A stretch of DNA of 64,000 bases. Origin: Eledone cirrhosa (lineage: Eukaryota). The stretch is taken from NCBI GenBank assembly GCA_964016885.1, contig OZ024742.1:139934001-139998000 (forward strand). Direction: 5' to 3'. Shown one piece after another: positions 24,813 to 37,297 of the stretch (its first letter is position 1; every line of letters starts with the position of its first letter). Both the position numbers and the translations under genes were made by a program. The notes beneath the pieces are model-generated. The model saw only the letters and a list, made by a program, of their open reading frames with translations, ran no database searches and was not told the DNA's origin.

Positions 24813-24902
24813 TTAAAAGAATAGAGGTGTAACACATGAGTTATGATATATTGGTAAAAGGAAAAGAAAAGAACAGTTTGTCAGCACTTTCTTTTCCTTT
24901 TA

Positions 24903-24936
<34 letters not shown>

Positions 24937-25269
24937 ATCATCACCGTTTTACGTCCGTTCTTTCACGCTAGCATGGGTTAGACGGGTTGTCCTGTTGTGG
25001 GCAGTGTCTGGTCGGCTGACCATGCCTTGCTCATACAGGAACTGATTTGGCTTGATTTCTACACCTGGATGCCCTTCCTAACACCAACCTCATTTACAGT
25101 GTGGGCTGGGTGCTTTTTTGCACGACCACCTTGCGGTGGGGGGTGTGGGGGAATATTGTCTATATGCTTCAGCTTGTACCCATGGGAGGTCGGGTACTCT
25201 GTATTACTGCGTGACGCCAGAATATATATATATATGTGTGTGTGTTTGTGTATCCATGTGATGTTAACG

Positions 25270-28260
25270 GGTGGGAGAATGAGCACACAAGACATTCTCT
25301 AATATACCACCATTGCTATTACGTGGACCAATCATAAGCCAGAGCCCCCACGCATCACCATTATTATTATTACACGGACCAATCATAAGCCAGAGGCCTA
25401 TACTATCGCTTGCCTGGTTGCCTTTCGATATATGATGGATGGATGGACTGCGGAATCCTGGAGAGTGGAGGAGAGAGAGAAAAATCTGGACGCTCAGCGA
25501 CAATGCCAAAGATAAAGACAAATTCACCTCGTGGACGAGAATGCGAGCACTCCTCATTGTTTCGACCGCGGACGGCTAACATAACCCCATCGCCCCCCGC
25601 CCCCCACCGCCCCCAACCCCCAAACGCAATCCAAAACTTCAGAGTTGGTACCATAAATGTAGGCACCTTAAAGGGTCGCGCTAACGAGGTTGTAGAAATG
25701 CTTGAACGTAAGGAGGTCGATGTTTGTTGTATTCAAGAGACCAGATGGAGGGGTGGGTCTGCTAGATTCATTGAGGGTAAAAAACGATGTTATAAGCTTT
25801 TCTGGGCGGGAAACGACGATGGGCTGGGTGGAGTAGGAATCATGGTAGCAGAAAAGTGGGCAGATAAGATAATAGACGTAAATAGAGTGAACGACAGAAT
25901 AATTAAAATAAGACTTGTCCTCAATAGAACTACGGTGACAGTAATATCTGCATACGCACCCCAATCCGGACTGCCCGGCACTATAAAAGATAGATTCTAT
26001 GAGACACTAATGCTCACTACCTCCCAAATAACCGACAGTGACTATATAATTATCGCAGGCGACCTAAATGGTCACGTTGGACAACATTGTGACGGCTACG
26101 ACGAAATCCATGGAGGCTATGGGTTTGGTACTAGAAATGAGGAAGGCTCCAGAATCCTGGAATTCTGTGACGCAAATAACCTAACTATCTGTAACACTAA
26201 CTTCAAAAAACGTGACAATCACCTGATCACCTATAGATCCGGGGAACACAAGCCAGGTAGATTATATCCTTACCAGAAGACGTGACAGAGTGTCTGTTGT
26301 AAACACTAAATCCCTCCCCCATGAAGAATGCACCTCCCAACATAGACTGATAATTAGCGACCTCATAACTAATCGACCAGGTCATGAAGGTCACGGAAAA
26401 AGTAATAGCGCAACTAATCAGAGAGAGAATTGACCTAGATGAAATGCAGTTCGGGTTTGTGTCAGGCAAAAGTACCACAGACACTCTTTTCATTGTACGT
26501 CAACTACAGAAGTACCTAGCTAAAGGTAAACCCCTCTACTTAGCTTTTGTTGACTTGGAGAAAGCCTTCGACAGAGTCCCCCGTTCCATTATCTGGTGGG
26601 CCCTTAGAAAACTAGGTGTCGACGAATGGCTTGTGAGAGCTATACAAGCCATGTATAAAGAAACAGTCAGCAAGGTTAGAATTAACAACGAATATAGTGA
26701 AGAGTTTAGTGTTCATCAGGGCTCCGTTCTTAGCCCCCTACTATTTATTATTGCCCTTCAGGCTATAACAGAGGAGTTCAAGACCGGCTGCCCATGGGAA
26801 CTCCTATACGCAGACGACCTGACACTCATAGCTGAATCAATGGCCGAGCTAGAGAAGAAATTCCAAACATGGAAGCACGGCCTAGAATCAAAAGGCCTTA
26901 AAATTAACCTGGCTAAGACTAAAGTTCTAGTTTGTAGGAAAGAAAATAAGGCGGCGGTCCCTTCCGGGAAATGGCCATGCTCAGTGTGTAGGAAAGGCGT
27001 AGGTAGAAACTCCATTTTATGTCCCAAATGCAAAGTATGGGTGCATAAAAGATGTAGTGGGATCACAGGTAAGCTAACTAAGAACTTAGATTTTACATGT
27101 GGGCGGTGCTCTGGTGCAATAAGTAGCAGCGAGTGCCCACAAAATACTAACTCTTTCAATTGCGCAGAGGGCTCTATAGAAATAGTGGACAGCTTCCGTT
27201 ACCTGGGTGACAAAATCAGCAGTGGGGGAGGGTGCTCCGAAAGTACAGTAGCTAGAGTCAGAACTGGATGGAAAAAGTTCAGAGAGCTTATACGACTATT
27301 AGCCGCTAAAGGGTTCTCCCTAAAAATGAAAGGCAGGTTGTATGATGCCTGCATATGAACAGCAATGTTGCATAGCAGTGAGACCTGGGCATTGTGCGCA
27401 GAGGATATACGCAGACTAGAGAGGAACGAAGCTTGCATGCTCCGCTGGATGTGTAATAGTAATATACGTGAACGGCAAATGATAAACGAACTAAGGAAAA
27501 AATTAGAAATAAGAGGAATCAGATGTTGTTTACTCGAGAGAAGGCTACGTTGGTACGGACACGTGATGCGCATGAAAGTCGATAGCTGTATAACAAAGTG
27601 CAGGGCAATAAAGATAGACGGTAGCCACGGAATAGGCAGACCTAGAAAATCCTGGGACAAGCTGATAAACTCCGACCTCACACACTTACACCTCTCCAAG
27701 ACAATGTCACTGGACCGAGACCTTTGGCGGTACTCAGTAATAGAGAAGACCCGCCTTACCTAAATACATAGTAAAACCTACTACAGCCAGTAGGCATCTC
27801 TAACAAAATACACCCCCGTCCCACCACCCACACCCATCCACACCACCCCCTCCTATGTAAAGTTATGTTGGTGCCACAACATCCAGGCCGAAACAAATGA
27901 GATCGTGTAGGTGTCACGACAAAAAAACACAGTCCACGCTGTAATGTGGCCGTGTAGGCAACACGGTAAAAACCTCCCAGTCCCACACTGTAAATGTGGT
28001 TGGTGTTAGGAAGGGCATCCAGCTGTAGAAAACACGCCAGACAGTCCACGCTGTAATGTGGCCGTGTAGGCAACACGGTAAAAACCTCCCAGCCCCACAC
28101 TGTAAATGTGGTTGGTGTTAGGAAGGGCATCCAGCTGTAGAAAACCCGCCAGACAGTCCTATGCGAGCAAGACAACCACTCTTGCCTCAAGTGGGAAAAC
28201 CCCCATCCAAACCCATGCAAGCGTGGAACAGGGACGTTAAACGATGATGATGATGATGAT
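25270..28260 (+). mobile_element. RTE-clade LINE family A, copy A3 (near full-length 5' end, internal deletion; left boundary approximate)
   Basis: ORF 25410-26285 has the APE N-terminus (GTINVGTLKG, CIQETRW); ORF 26384-27358 has RT and intact PHD; about 0.9 kb missing relative to A1 at ~26366; (GAT)n tail at 28243-28260. Confidence 0.95.
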
Positions 28261-28812
28261 CTAAGTCTTGTTATTCTGGAGTTTCACCTGAGTACTCACA
28301 GAATCATTGGACAATATATATATATACACACACGTGCGTGTGTGCCTGCCTGCCTGTGTTTATGCCACTTCTTTGACAAAATGAGATCAATAAAATAAAC
28401 ACCATTATTGACAAAATAAGATTGGGGGCTGATATAATCAACTAAATACCTTTTAATGCAGTTGCCCAGCATGGCCACAGTCTGACAGAAACCAGTAATA
28501 TATATATATATATATGTTAGGTAATTCCGAAGAAGAAGCAAAGGAAAAAAGAATGCTCTATGTATAGAACAGAGCTATTTAATTAGAAAATGAACACAAT
28601 ATATAACTACTCCATTGCCAAAGGTTTCAGGACCCTAGACAATATTGATATACGTCTAGATCGTTCATCAGACAGATGTTATGAATTGAAAATATGAAAT
28701 GAGATTTAACATGTCAAAAATTGCAAGTAAGGCTGGAAAAATAACGGAAAATATACATAAGAAAATATATATAAAAGATTGTATAAAAAATTAATATTGT
28801 AAGAAAAATAAT

Positions 28813-28998
28813 TGTTTCTACTTTTGGCACAAGGCTAGCAATTACCCAGTGCATTACAGGTACTTTATTTTATCGACCCCGTAAGGATGAAAGGCAAAGT
28901 TAACCTCGGCGGGATTTGAACTCAGAATGGCAAAGGCCGTAACTCTATGCGTCAAAGCATGGCGTCTGACCCTTTACCGATACTGCCAATCCACCGCC
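28813..28998 (-). mobile_element. tRNA-derived SINE (family 2) with 19-bp TSD
   Basis: Same head, B-box and central block as 15679-15895; TSD ATATTGTAAGAAAAATAAT at 28794-28812 and 28999-29017. Confidence 0.85.
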
Positions 28999-29114
28999 AT
29001 ATTGTAAGAAAAATAATATATAAAAAATATATAGAAAATTATAAAAATATGCTTTTAGAATTTTCTATATATTTTTATATATTATTTTTCTTATATATGA
29101 ATTTTTTTATATAA

Positions 29115-32100
29115 TCTCTATATATATAAAACGGTAGATGTCTGTCTGTGTGTGTGTATGATTTTTATGCATTTCCACATTTCTTTACCGATTTTGATGA
29201 ATTTTTTTCCAATGTGCTCCAAATTTACCAGGGCAGGTCAAGACGTAATTATTTTTGCAAAAAATGTCTTGCTTCTATGAAAAAAAATCGATAAAACTAA
29301 ATACATGCTGTAACCCTCTCTCTTACACGCTTCATTCCTCTCACTACTACCATAAAAAATATATGAAACTACATACATGTTGCAACTCTCTTTAAAAGGT
29401 TCATCACTCTCTACTCCCCCCTCATCTCCTCTGCAACTCTCTTTAAAAGGTTACTGCCTCCGTCTACTACCCTTATCAACATTACAACTTAGAACGACAA
29501 AACTTCTTTTGAAGGAACGTGACACAAACTTTGAAACCTAAGCAACACAACAACCATAGCTTTACTCTCTCCGTCGCACTTCCCTCTCTCTACAATAGAT
29601 TATTCCCCTCTCTACAGTCATAACGACACATACATCAAATATCTAAATTTAAAAAGCCGATAACACTAAATACATACTGCTCTCTCAACGTTACATTTTA
29701 CATCAAATAACAACAAATATTCAAAAGCAACAGATGAATTTATAAAACAACAAACGTAACAATAACAACCTCTCTATAATTTAACTGCTTTACTCTCTCT
29801 CTGTCACTCTTCACTCCCTATATGACAACACTGCAGCGAGAGAAACAACGTATATGATCAAATGGAGCGTTCCGTATACCCCCCCCCCCCATAATTTAGC
29901 TGCTTTACTCTCTCTGTCTCTATTCACTCCCTATATGACAACACTGCAGAGAGAGAAACAATGTATATGATCAAATGGAGCGTTCCGTATATTCCCCCTC
30001 TCTATAACTTAACTGCTTTACTCTCTCTGTCGCTCTTCACTCCCTATATGGCAACACTGCAGTGGAGCGTTCCATATTGGCATACGGCTTATCTGGGGGC
30101 ATTTTCAATCGGCTTATTGCAAATAACAACCCGCAAAATAACACTTCATATAACAGATTAATTAATCGGAATGTAACCCGTGAACTTTTTCCTGGGCAAA
30201 ATTATTCGAACAGACATGACCTCATTGCCAAAGTGTTCAGACTGAAACTGGCTAAACTCATGGTTTTAATCAAAAAGGTCAGGTATTTGGGGCTGTAAAA
30301 TGTGACATGTTCACCGTCGAATGGCAAAAACGAGGGCTGCCACATGCTCACATTTTGATTTGGTTAGCTGATAAAATCAATTCAAATGCCATAGACAGCT
30401 TCATTTCGGCTGAAATCCCTAACCCAGCAACTAACCAGGAATTACATGACATCGTCAAAGCTAACATGGCCCGTGTGCATCAGGTCCTAATGAACATCAC
30501 TCGTGCCTGAAGGGGGGGGGGGTCGTGCAGTAAGGGATACCCCAAAAAAATTTGTTGACGAGAACCAGACCTGTACAGGCGGAGACGGCCCGAGAACGGT
30601 GGCTTCACCGCAACAGTAAAGGGAAGTCAAGTCGACAATAGATGGGTGGTCCCTTACTGCCCGCTTATCAACACCCACATCAACGTTGAGTTTTGCAACT
30701 CCGTCAAGTCTATAAAATACATGTAAATAAGGGCTCTGATGAGGTCACAGAATACCTGGCGGGACGGTACATCAGTAGCAATGAAGCTTTTTGGCGCCTA
30801 TTTGGTTTCCCCCTACACCAACGGCACCCCGCCATCGTACAGCTTGCGGTACATTTGGAAAATGGGCAACGGGTTTACTTTACGGACCAAACCGCTGCCA
30901 AGCTGGCTGCCGATCCGAAAGAGACCACTCTGACGGGTTTCTTCAAACTTTGCCAGTTCGATACATTTGCACAAACAATTGTGTACCCACAGGTTCCATC
31001 CGACTTTATATGGTCGAAAAACACTTGGGTGTGAAGAAAGTCAGGTCAGGCTGTTGAAAGACATCCTGGTGTAAAATTTGACAGCTGTCTTGGAAGGGTT
31101 TACACTGTGCCCCCAAGTCAGCATGAGTGCTTTCATCACCGCCTTCTTCTGCATGAAGTTGTAGGCCCACAAAGTTTTCAGGACCTCAAAACTGTTGATG
31201 GAGAAATATGTGATACATACCGGGAAGCCTGCTTTCAGCGTGGTCTTTTGGAAGATGATTCGCAATGGGATTCCACTTTAGCAGAGGGTGATTTGTTGAA
31301 ATCACCTAAAGGTCTAAGGGGACTCTTTGCCATTTTGCTTCAAAAGTGTGAATTGGGTGATCCGAAATCTTTATGGGTCAAGTACAGAGACTTCATGTCT
31401 GAGGATTTCCTGCGCCTGGCTCATCTGCAGTATCCTTCAGTGGAAGTTGCTTACGGCGGCATTATCTACAACAGGGCACTCATTGATATCGAGGACGCCC
31501 TCCTCGACATGGGTGGGAGTGAGTTGGCGACGTATAGCTTGCCGTCAACCGTCACCGATGAAGCTAACACGTTGGCCCCGGATTTGTTGCGGGAAACAGC
31601 ATATGACATCGAATCTCTTTCCCAATACTTAGAGGAAAATGAGCCCAAACGTCTGTCGGACCAAAGGTTGGCCTATTTAACTATCATTGACGCGGTTCAA
31701 ATTCAGACTGGGAGTATTTACTTTCTCGATACTCCTGGGGGTACCGGAAAAACTTTTGTAATAAAATTGATTCCTGCTAAGATTCGTCAGGAGAAAAAAA
31801 TTGCGTTGGCCGTTGCATCGTCCGGGATCGCTGCTACTTTGCTGCCGAGAGGCAGGACAGCGCATTCAACCTTTAAACTCCCCTTGGATTTAGTAAAAAC
31901 TGAGACACCAACATGCAATATCAGCAAGAGCTCACACGAAGCTCTGGTTCTCAAATGTGGCCTCATTGTTTGGAATTAGTGCACAATGGCACACAAGGGT
32001 GCCCTTGAGGCATTGGACAGGACCCTGAAAGACATTAGGGATTCTACGGCACCTATGGGTGGCGTAACCCTTCTGCTATCAGGGAATTTTCGGCAAACGC

Positions 32101-33000
32101 TGCCTGTCATCCCCAAAGGGACAAGAGCTGATGAAGTGCTTGCTTGCCTTAAGTCGTCCACGTTGTTGCCCCAGGTGAAGACTTTGTACCTGAGCACAAA
32201 GTGACAACATGTCTGCAGCATTTGCTCAGAACATTTTAGCACTTGGTGAGGGCAAGGTCCCTGCGGATGAGAAGGGCGCCATAGCAATCGACTCCCTGTG
32301 CAACATTGTGAGCAGCCCTTCTGACCTTTGGGAGGCAGTTTTTCCTAATGTCTCATTTAACTTGAAAAACTTTGATTGGCTCAGCGAAAGAGCCATCCTT
32401 GCTCTGAATAATGCCATGGTTAATTTTATTAACAAGCAGCTGATTGAGAAAATTCCTGGTAAAGAGCACATCTTCAAATCTATCGACCGGACGTCAGACC
32501 CCGACGATATAGTTAATTATCCGGTTGAGTTATTAAATTCCCTTGAGCCTCCAGGGCTCCCACCTCGCATTCTTAAGCTTAGGGTTGGCTGTCTCATTAT
32601 GCTAATAAGGAACTTGCGCCCACCAAAGCAGTGCTACGGTACTCACATGGTCATCAAGTCAATGACGCCCCACTTGATTGAGGCCACCATTGTAACGGGG
32701 TGCGGGAGAGGGGAGAATGTTTTCATTCCAAGGATGAACCTTTTCCCCTCGGCGTCAGATATCCCGTTCGATTTCCGGCGATCCCAATTCCTAATGAGAC
32801 CAGGTTTTGCCATGTCCATTAACAAGTCACAAGGGCAAACATTGTCGGTGGCGGGCATCCATTTGGGGGAGCCATGCTTCTCCCATGGTCAACTTTGTTG
32901 CCTGTTCCCACGTAGGGAGCAGGAATGCACTTTTTGCTTACACTCCTCAAGGGATGACACGCAATATCGTCTACAAAGAGGTGCTATAGGTGTTGGAGCT
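29115..33000 (+). mobile_element. Decayed Helitron (Rep/PIF1-type helicase pseudogene)
   Basis: 5' A|TCTCTATATATATAAAA; HUH Rep motif VEWQKRGLPHAHILIW (30307 ORF); remnant SVKSIKY..VNKGSD; Walker A TPGGTGKT, AVASSGIAA, GRTAHS, GNFRQTLPV, FAMSINKSQGQT, RNIVYKEVL; many stops, frameshifts and deletions; no 3' hairpin-CTAG found. Confidence 0.92.
29769..30075. repeat. ~114-bp tandem repeat (~2.6 units) in the Helitron 5' region
   Basis: Unit ATAATTTAACTGCTTTACTCTCTCT...CACTCCCTATATGACAACACTGCAG...ATGATCAAATGGAGCGTTCCGTATA recurs. Confidence 0.85.
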
Positions 33001-34048
33001 ATGCCGTCTGGAAAACTATTTCCTGGTAGGGTCACCCAGCGGCATCAGGGCCACCATCTTGCAACTTTGGTCTGCTAAATTCGCTATTGGAAGATTATTA
33101 ACCCATCATTGATTGCCCAAAATGCTAATTGGTTCGTAACTTTTAATAACCGGTTCAACTGCTTTATGCACTTAATTGATAAGCTTATTCATGAACCAAG
33201 TTTCCACTGTATTGTAAAAACATTTTCATGACAATCTAACCACCAGTAAAGATATTGTAAACATTTGAATGAACAAAATCATTTTTATTTTCTGCTAAAT
33301 CATTTCAGGATGTTTTAAGAGTTAAGAAATAATTTGGGTTATCAATTTTTTAAAATCTTTCATTATCATATTTCTATTAGAACATATTATTGTTTATGAT
33401 TTTCAAATAATTTTGAAAACAATCAAGAATTCTGAGATTTAGTATTATAACTTTCTAGTTATAGCTTTCTTTTTATTAAGACAGTGTTTGGATTGTAGGT
33501 TAACAAATGTTTTTAGATAAATATAAACATTTTAAAACAAATAGCTTTGTATCGTAGAACCAGGGGCAGTTTGGTATAAAAAAAAGTATGTAGAATGTAT
33601 GGTATGCAAATACCATAAAGTCACTATATCAATTAAAAATATAGTATACAACTCAATAATAATAATATAATTGTTAAGGTGCATAGCTTAATGGTTAGGG
33701 CATTGGACTCCCTATCATAAGGTTCTGCGTTCGATTTGTGGACTGGACAACACATTGTGTTCTTAAACGAGGCACTTCCTTTCGTGTTGCTTGAATCCAT
33801 TCAGCTGGAAAAAAAAGAGCAGCATCAACTGGGGGTTATCATTTGCAATGGGATGGGGTGCTTTTCATGATAGGACTGCAAGCCCTATCATTGGGGGGGG
33901 GGGGGGGCAGTATGATCACATTAAAAATTAAATACAACCTCATAGAGGCCCAGCTAAACCTACATAGGTGTCAGCTCTAACTGACTTTTAAACAGCTTTT
34001 ATCAATCTCCAGCATTTTATACTATTGTTTCCTCTTTATTTCATTTAG

Positions 34049-34216
34049 CTTGTAAATGGCCATACTTTGTTTGATTACAATGTGGGCCTCAATGACCTCA
34101 TTCAGTTGATGATACGACAGTCAATTCCAGTAGCACCTGTACAGAAAGATGAACCAGAACCAATTGAATATGAGAGTGAAGAAAATTCCAACTCTTCAGA
34201 TAAGGAAAATAAAATG
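34049..34216 (+). CDS. UHRF1: UHRF1 exon: C-terminal part of UBL domain and linker
   Basis: tag|CTT...ATG|gtaag, phase 0/0; LVNGHTLFDYNVGLNDLIQLMIRQ matches the UHRF1 UBL. Confidence 0.93.
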
Positions 34217-34314
34217 GTAAGAAGATATACATTTCAAATTTATCAATTCCTCACTTTTGCTGTTTATTCATTTATAAAAGATGTATATTTTCAATGAATA
34301 TTGATTTAAATTAA

Positions 34315-34519
34315 CCCTTTAGCGTTTACATTACTCTATATATATACTATTGCATTTTCACGGTAAAGGCTTTATCACATAATGTTGAGTCTATGAGATT
34401 TTAATATTTATTTTGAGAACAATATCGTAACATCAGTATGAGTGGCCAGTTATGGTCAATTTGAACAGAAAGAGGTGAGAGAATTTTGGCCAGATATAGC
34501 CGGTTTGAATGTTAAAGGG
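34315..34519. mobile_element. piggyBac-like MITE with TTAA TSD (partial copies ~17602-17782 and ~52927-53105)
   Basis: TTAA|CCCTTTAGCGTT...AATGTTAAAGGG|TTAA; internal sequence shared with the two other copies. Confidence 0.75.
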
Positions 34520-34899
34520 TTAAATAATTATTGTTATACTTTGGGAGGGTCATGCTGCCAATAAAAACACACGCACCTGTTGGTTTTCACTTCAATTTAT
34601 TATAAGTTTCTGGTTGGTCGGTTCGATAACCAGAAGGTTGTTTATATATTGTCAAAGCTCTTTCGTCACACATTCTTATTTTGTCACACATTTTTATTTT
34701 GTGTCTCTCCTTTGTTCTGTCCTACACCATCTTGTTTTTGTGTGTGTGTTTATTTATTTATTTGCTTGTCACTAGTTGGTTGTTTGTTCTATCTGTGTGT
34801 GTCTGATTTGTTTTGTTAGTTTGGTTTTTGTATGTGTCTGTATGTCTTCATTTTGTCCTTAATTACTAGTTGTGATGTTGCTATTCCACTGATGTTTTA

Positions 34900-35400
34900 T
34901 GTTTAATTTTGGAGGTCATTTATATTTGTTGCCTCTGATTTATCTGATCATTGGCATCTTTTCTGTGTATGGATATAATTTGTATCTCTATGTTCTCTAA
35001 TGTGCCCCTATGTTCTATTTTGGCATGTTGGTGGAGTACTGATGAGTTTTCCTATCCTGGAGTTTTCGCCAGTGTTCACTTTCTTTTCTCCTATGCTGCG
35101 GGCTGTTTCATCTATGTATGTTATATTCTTATTACTACACTGTCCCTCAGTACATCTTATGCTATATACTACGTTCCTAGTTTTGCAGTTAGTTTGCGAG
35201 CAAAGCTTGCAGACTATGCATTGCATTTCCTATCAGCACAAGGGGAACTTTGAAATGGGTATGTTTTGCTAATTAGGGTTTTTATGGGAATACCTGGTCT
35301 TTCAACTATCTTAATATTTAATTTGAGCTTGTCTAGGGGCCTTCTAAATCTGTAAGCTAGTTTGCCTCTAGGAGTTATATTGACGAACATTACACTCTGG
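34900..35400 (-). mobile_element. Penelope-like element relic (GIY-YIG) in a UHRF1 intron
   Basis: Minus frames: IKIVERPGIPIKTLISKTYPF...C..RKC / CIVC....NCKTRNVVYSIRC...C.....YIDETARS, a GIY-YIG signature with a G->D change. Confidence 0.7.
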
Positions 35401-37213
35401 TATTTATTGCTATCATACCATGAGTTTATTTTATTTGCCTTATTCCTAATCCTATTTTATGGAAGAACATTCCTTTTGAGGAAGATGCACCACAAGCATT
35501 TGAAGGCCATTTTCCTCATTAAAGCAAGGCTTAGCCTTGCAAGCCACATGACAGGCTTCTTACCATAGAGTCCTTTTTGGGGCAATGTTTTACGACCAGT
35601 TATCTTCCCTAGCATGAACCCTTTCAGTCGCCTCTTAGGACAGAGATATGATGTACCTATTCTAAACCAGATACACAAAGAATGTGTGCATGTATTTGCA
35701 TTTTTTTAAATGTCCTTGCTGGTTTCAGTCATTAGATACTGGGATGCTACCGTGAGGTTTTAAAAAAATAAATGCTGTGCATTTTGATTTGTACAGTTTT
35801 TTGCCAACTGCAATTGCTGTTGAATGAATTCCGTTTATGGGTGTCTGTATACCTCCCTACCTCCCTTTTGGACTACCAAAATCACTAGATCTGAATGTAA
35901 TATTAGTTGTATGTATTGTAGTAGCCTTATGGTTTTGTTATATTTCTAGACGGAAAGAGTATAATTGACAGTTTGATAAACAAATGATTGTTTAGGAGAT
36001 AGTGAGTGACAATATAATTTAGAATGTAGTCTAACTCATTCCAACAGGGAAAAATAGAATTAAAACTAGTGATGATAATGATTCATCATCACTGTCTTGT
36101 AAGAATGTATTTCATAGTACAATATCAGATTGTGTCCTGTTATCTCCCTTGGTTAGAATTATTACAAAAAAAAAATGTGTGTAAACTACATATTTTCTTA
36201 TATATTCTACATCTTTTCTAAATTTTTCTTGACTGTGTGGAAATATGATAGAACAATATCTGATACATATGAATTAATAATAGATGATCACTATTTACTG
36301 ATTTTTTTTCTTCTTTTATATATACATCTAAATTTAATTTGTTTCCATTGATTCACCAAACTAAGTTAATTTCTCGGTTTTGGTCCTTTCTAACGACATG
36401 GAAATTAAAGTGCATATATACAGGTAATTCATGTCATCATCATTATCATCATAATTCTAAAACTACTTTCCATTCTGGTATGGGTTGGACAAATTCTCAC
36501 ACTCCGAACCATGGGTTCTAGATGGGTCGAGTGACCATGCCACTCTTGTACATTGCAAATTATTGAATTTCTAAATTTGCAAATCGATCACTTGGAGCAC
36601 AGCTGCCTTTATCCAAGTTCACTTTGTTGCAAGCATTCATTTGGAGTAGGTCTCCAGCCAGAGCATAAACTCCCACCAAGGCTCAGAAGCCAGCTTTAAC
36701 AGTTGTTAAAGAAAAACTAAACTAAATTAAAAACTACCGAAACAGTATTCTATTTTGTTAATGAAGTGGTATGTTTAAAAATAATTTTTTGTTAGCTATA
36801 AAAAAAATGTTTTAACTCATTTATACTTTATTTTCCTTTATCAAGAACGAGAATATTTTCACATAATTATCATCATTTTACAAAAGCAGACATAAAATGA
36901 TGAGGATAGTGATTTGAATATTTGCATTTTGCATATATTCTTGTAGCTAATGTTGAAATGATGCCTGATAATAAGAGGAATTAGTTAGGGATAGGAAAAA
37001 TGGCAATAGCAAGGCTTTGACCTATTCGTTACTACATATTTAATGAAAGCCACTGCCTAAAAATCATGATGGAAGGTTTTTAGATTAAAGTAAGCAGCTT
37101 TGTATCATTGAACCAGGGATGGTTTCACATTGTTTGGTATTAAAAGAGTTAAATCATAAACATAGATTTTGGCACTGTGTGTTTATATTTTCAATCTTTT
37201 GTCATTTTATTAG

Positions 37214-37297
37214 CCTGAATCCTGTATTCCAGTTAAAGCTTCTACATCTGGACAAGTGTCATGTGAAACAGAAGATATTTCCGAGAGTATTTATAAA
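37214..37297 (+). CDS. UHRF1: UHRF1 exon: UBL-TTD linker (not in the ORF track)
   Basis: tag|CCTGAA...TATAAA|gtatgt, 84 nt, phase 0/0; PESCIPVKASTSGQVSCETEDISESIYK supplies the YK expected just before the Tudor domain. Confidence 0.78.

Noticed and set aside
25410-26285. 291-aa endonuclease/exonuclease/phosphatase ORF as a host gene
   Set aside because: It is the APE domain of RTE copy A3, contiguous with RT and a (GAT)n tail.
29961-33078. Functional PIF1 helicase gene or active Helitron
   Set aside because: Many stops and frameshifts, damaged Rep tyrosine motif, altered helicase motif II and no 3' terminus.
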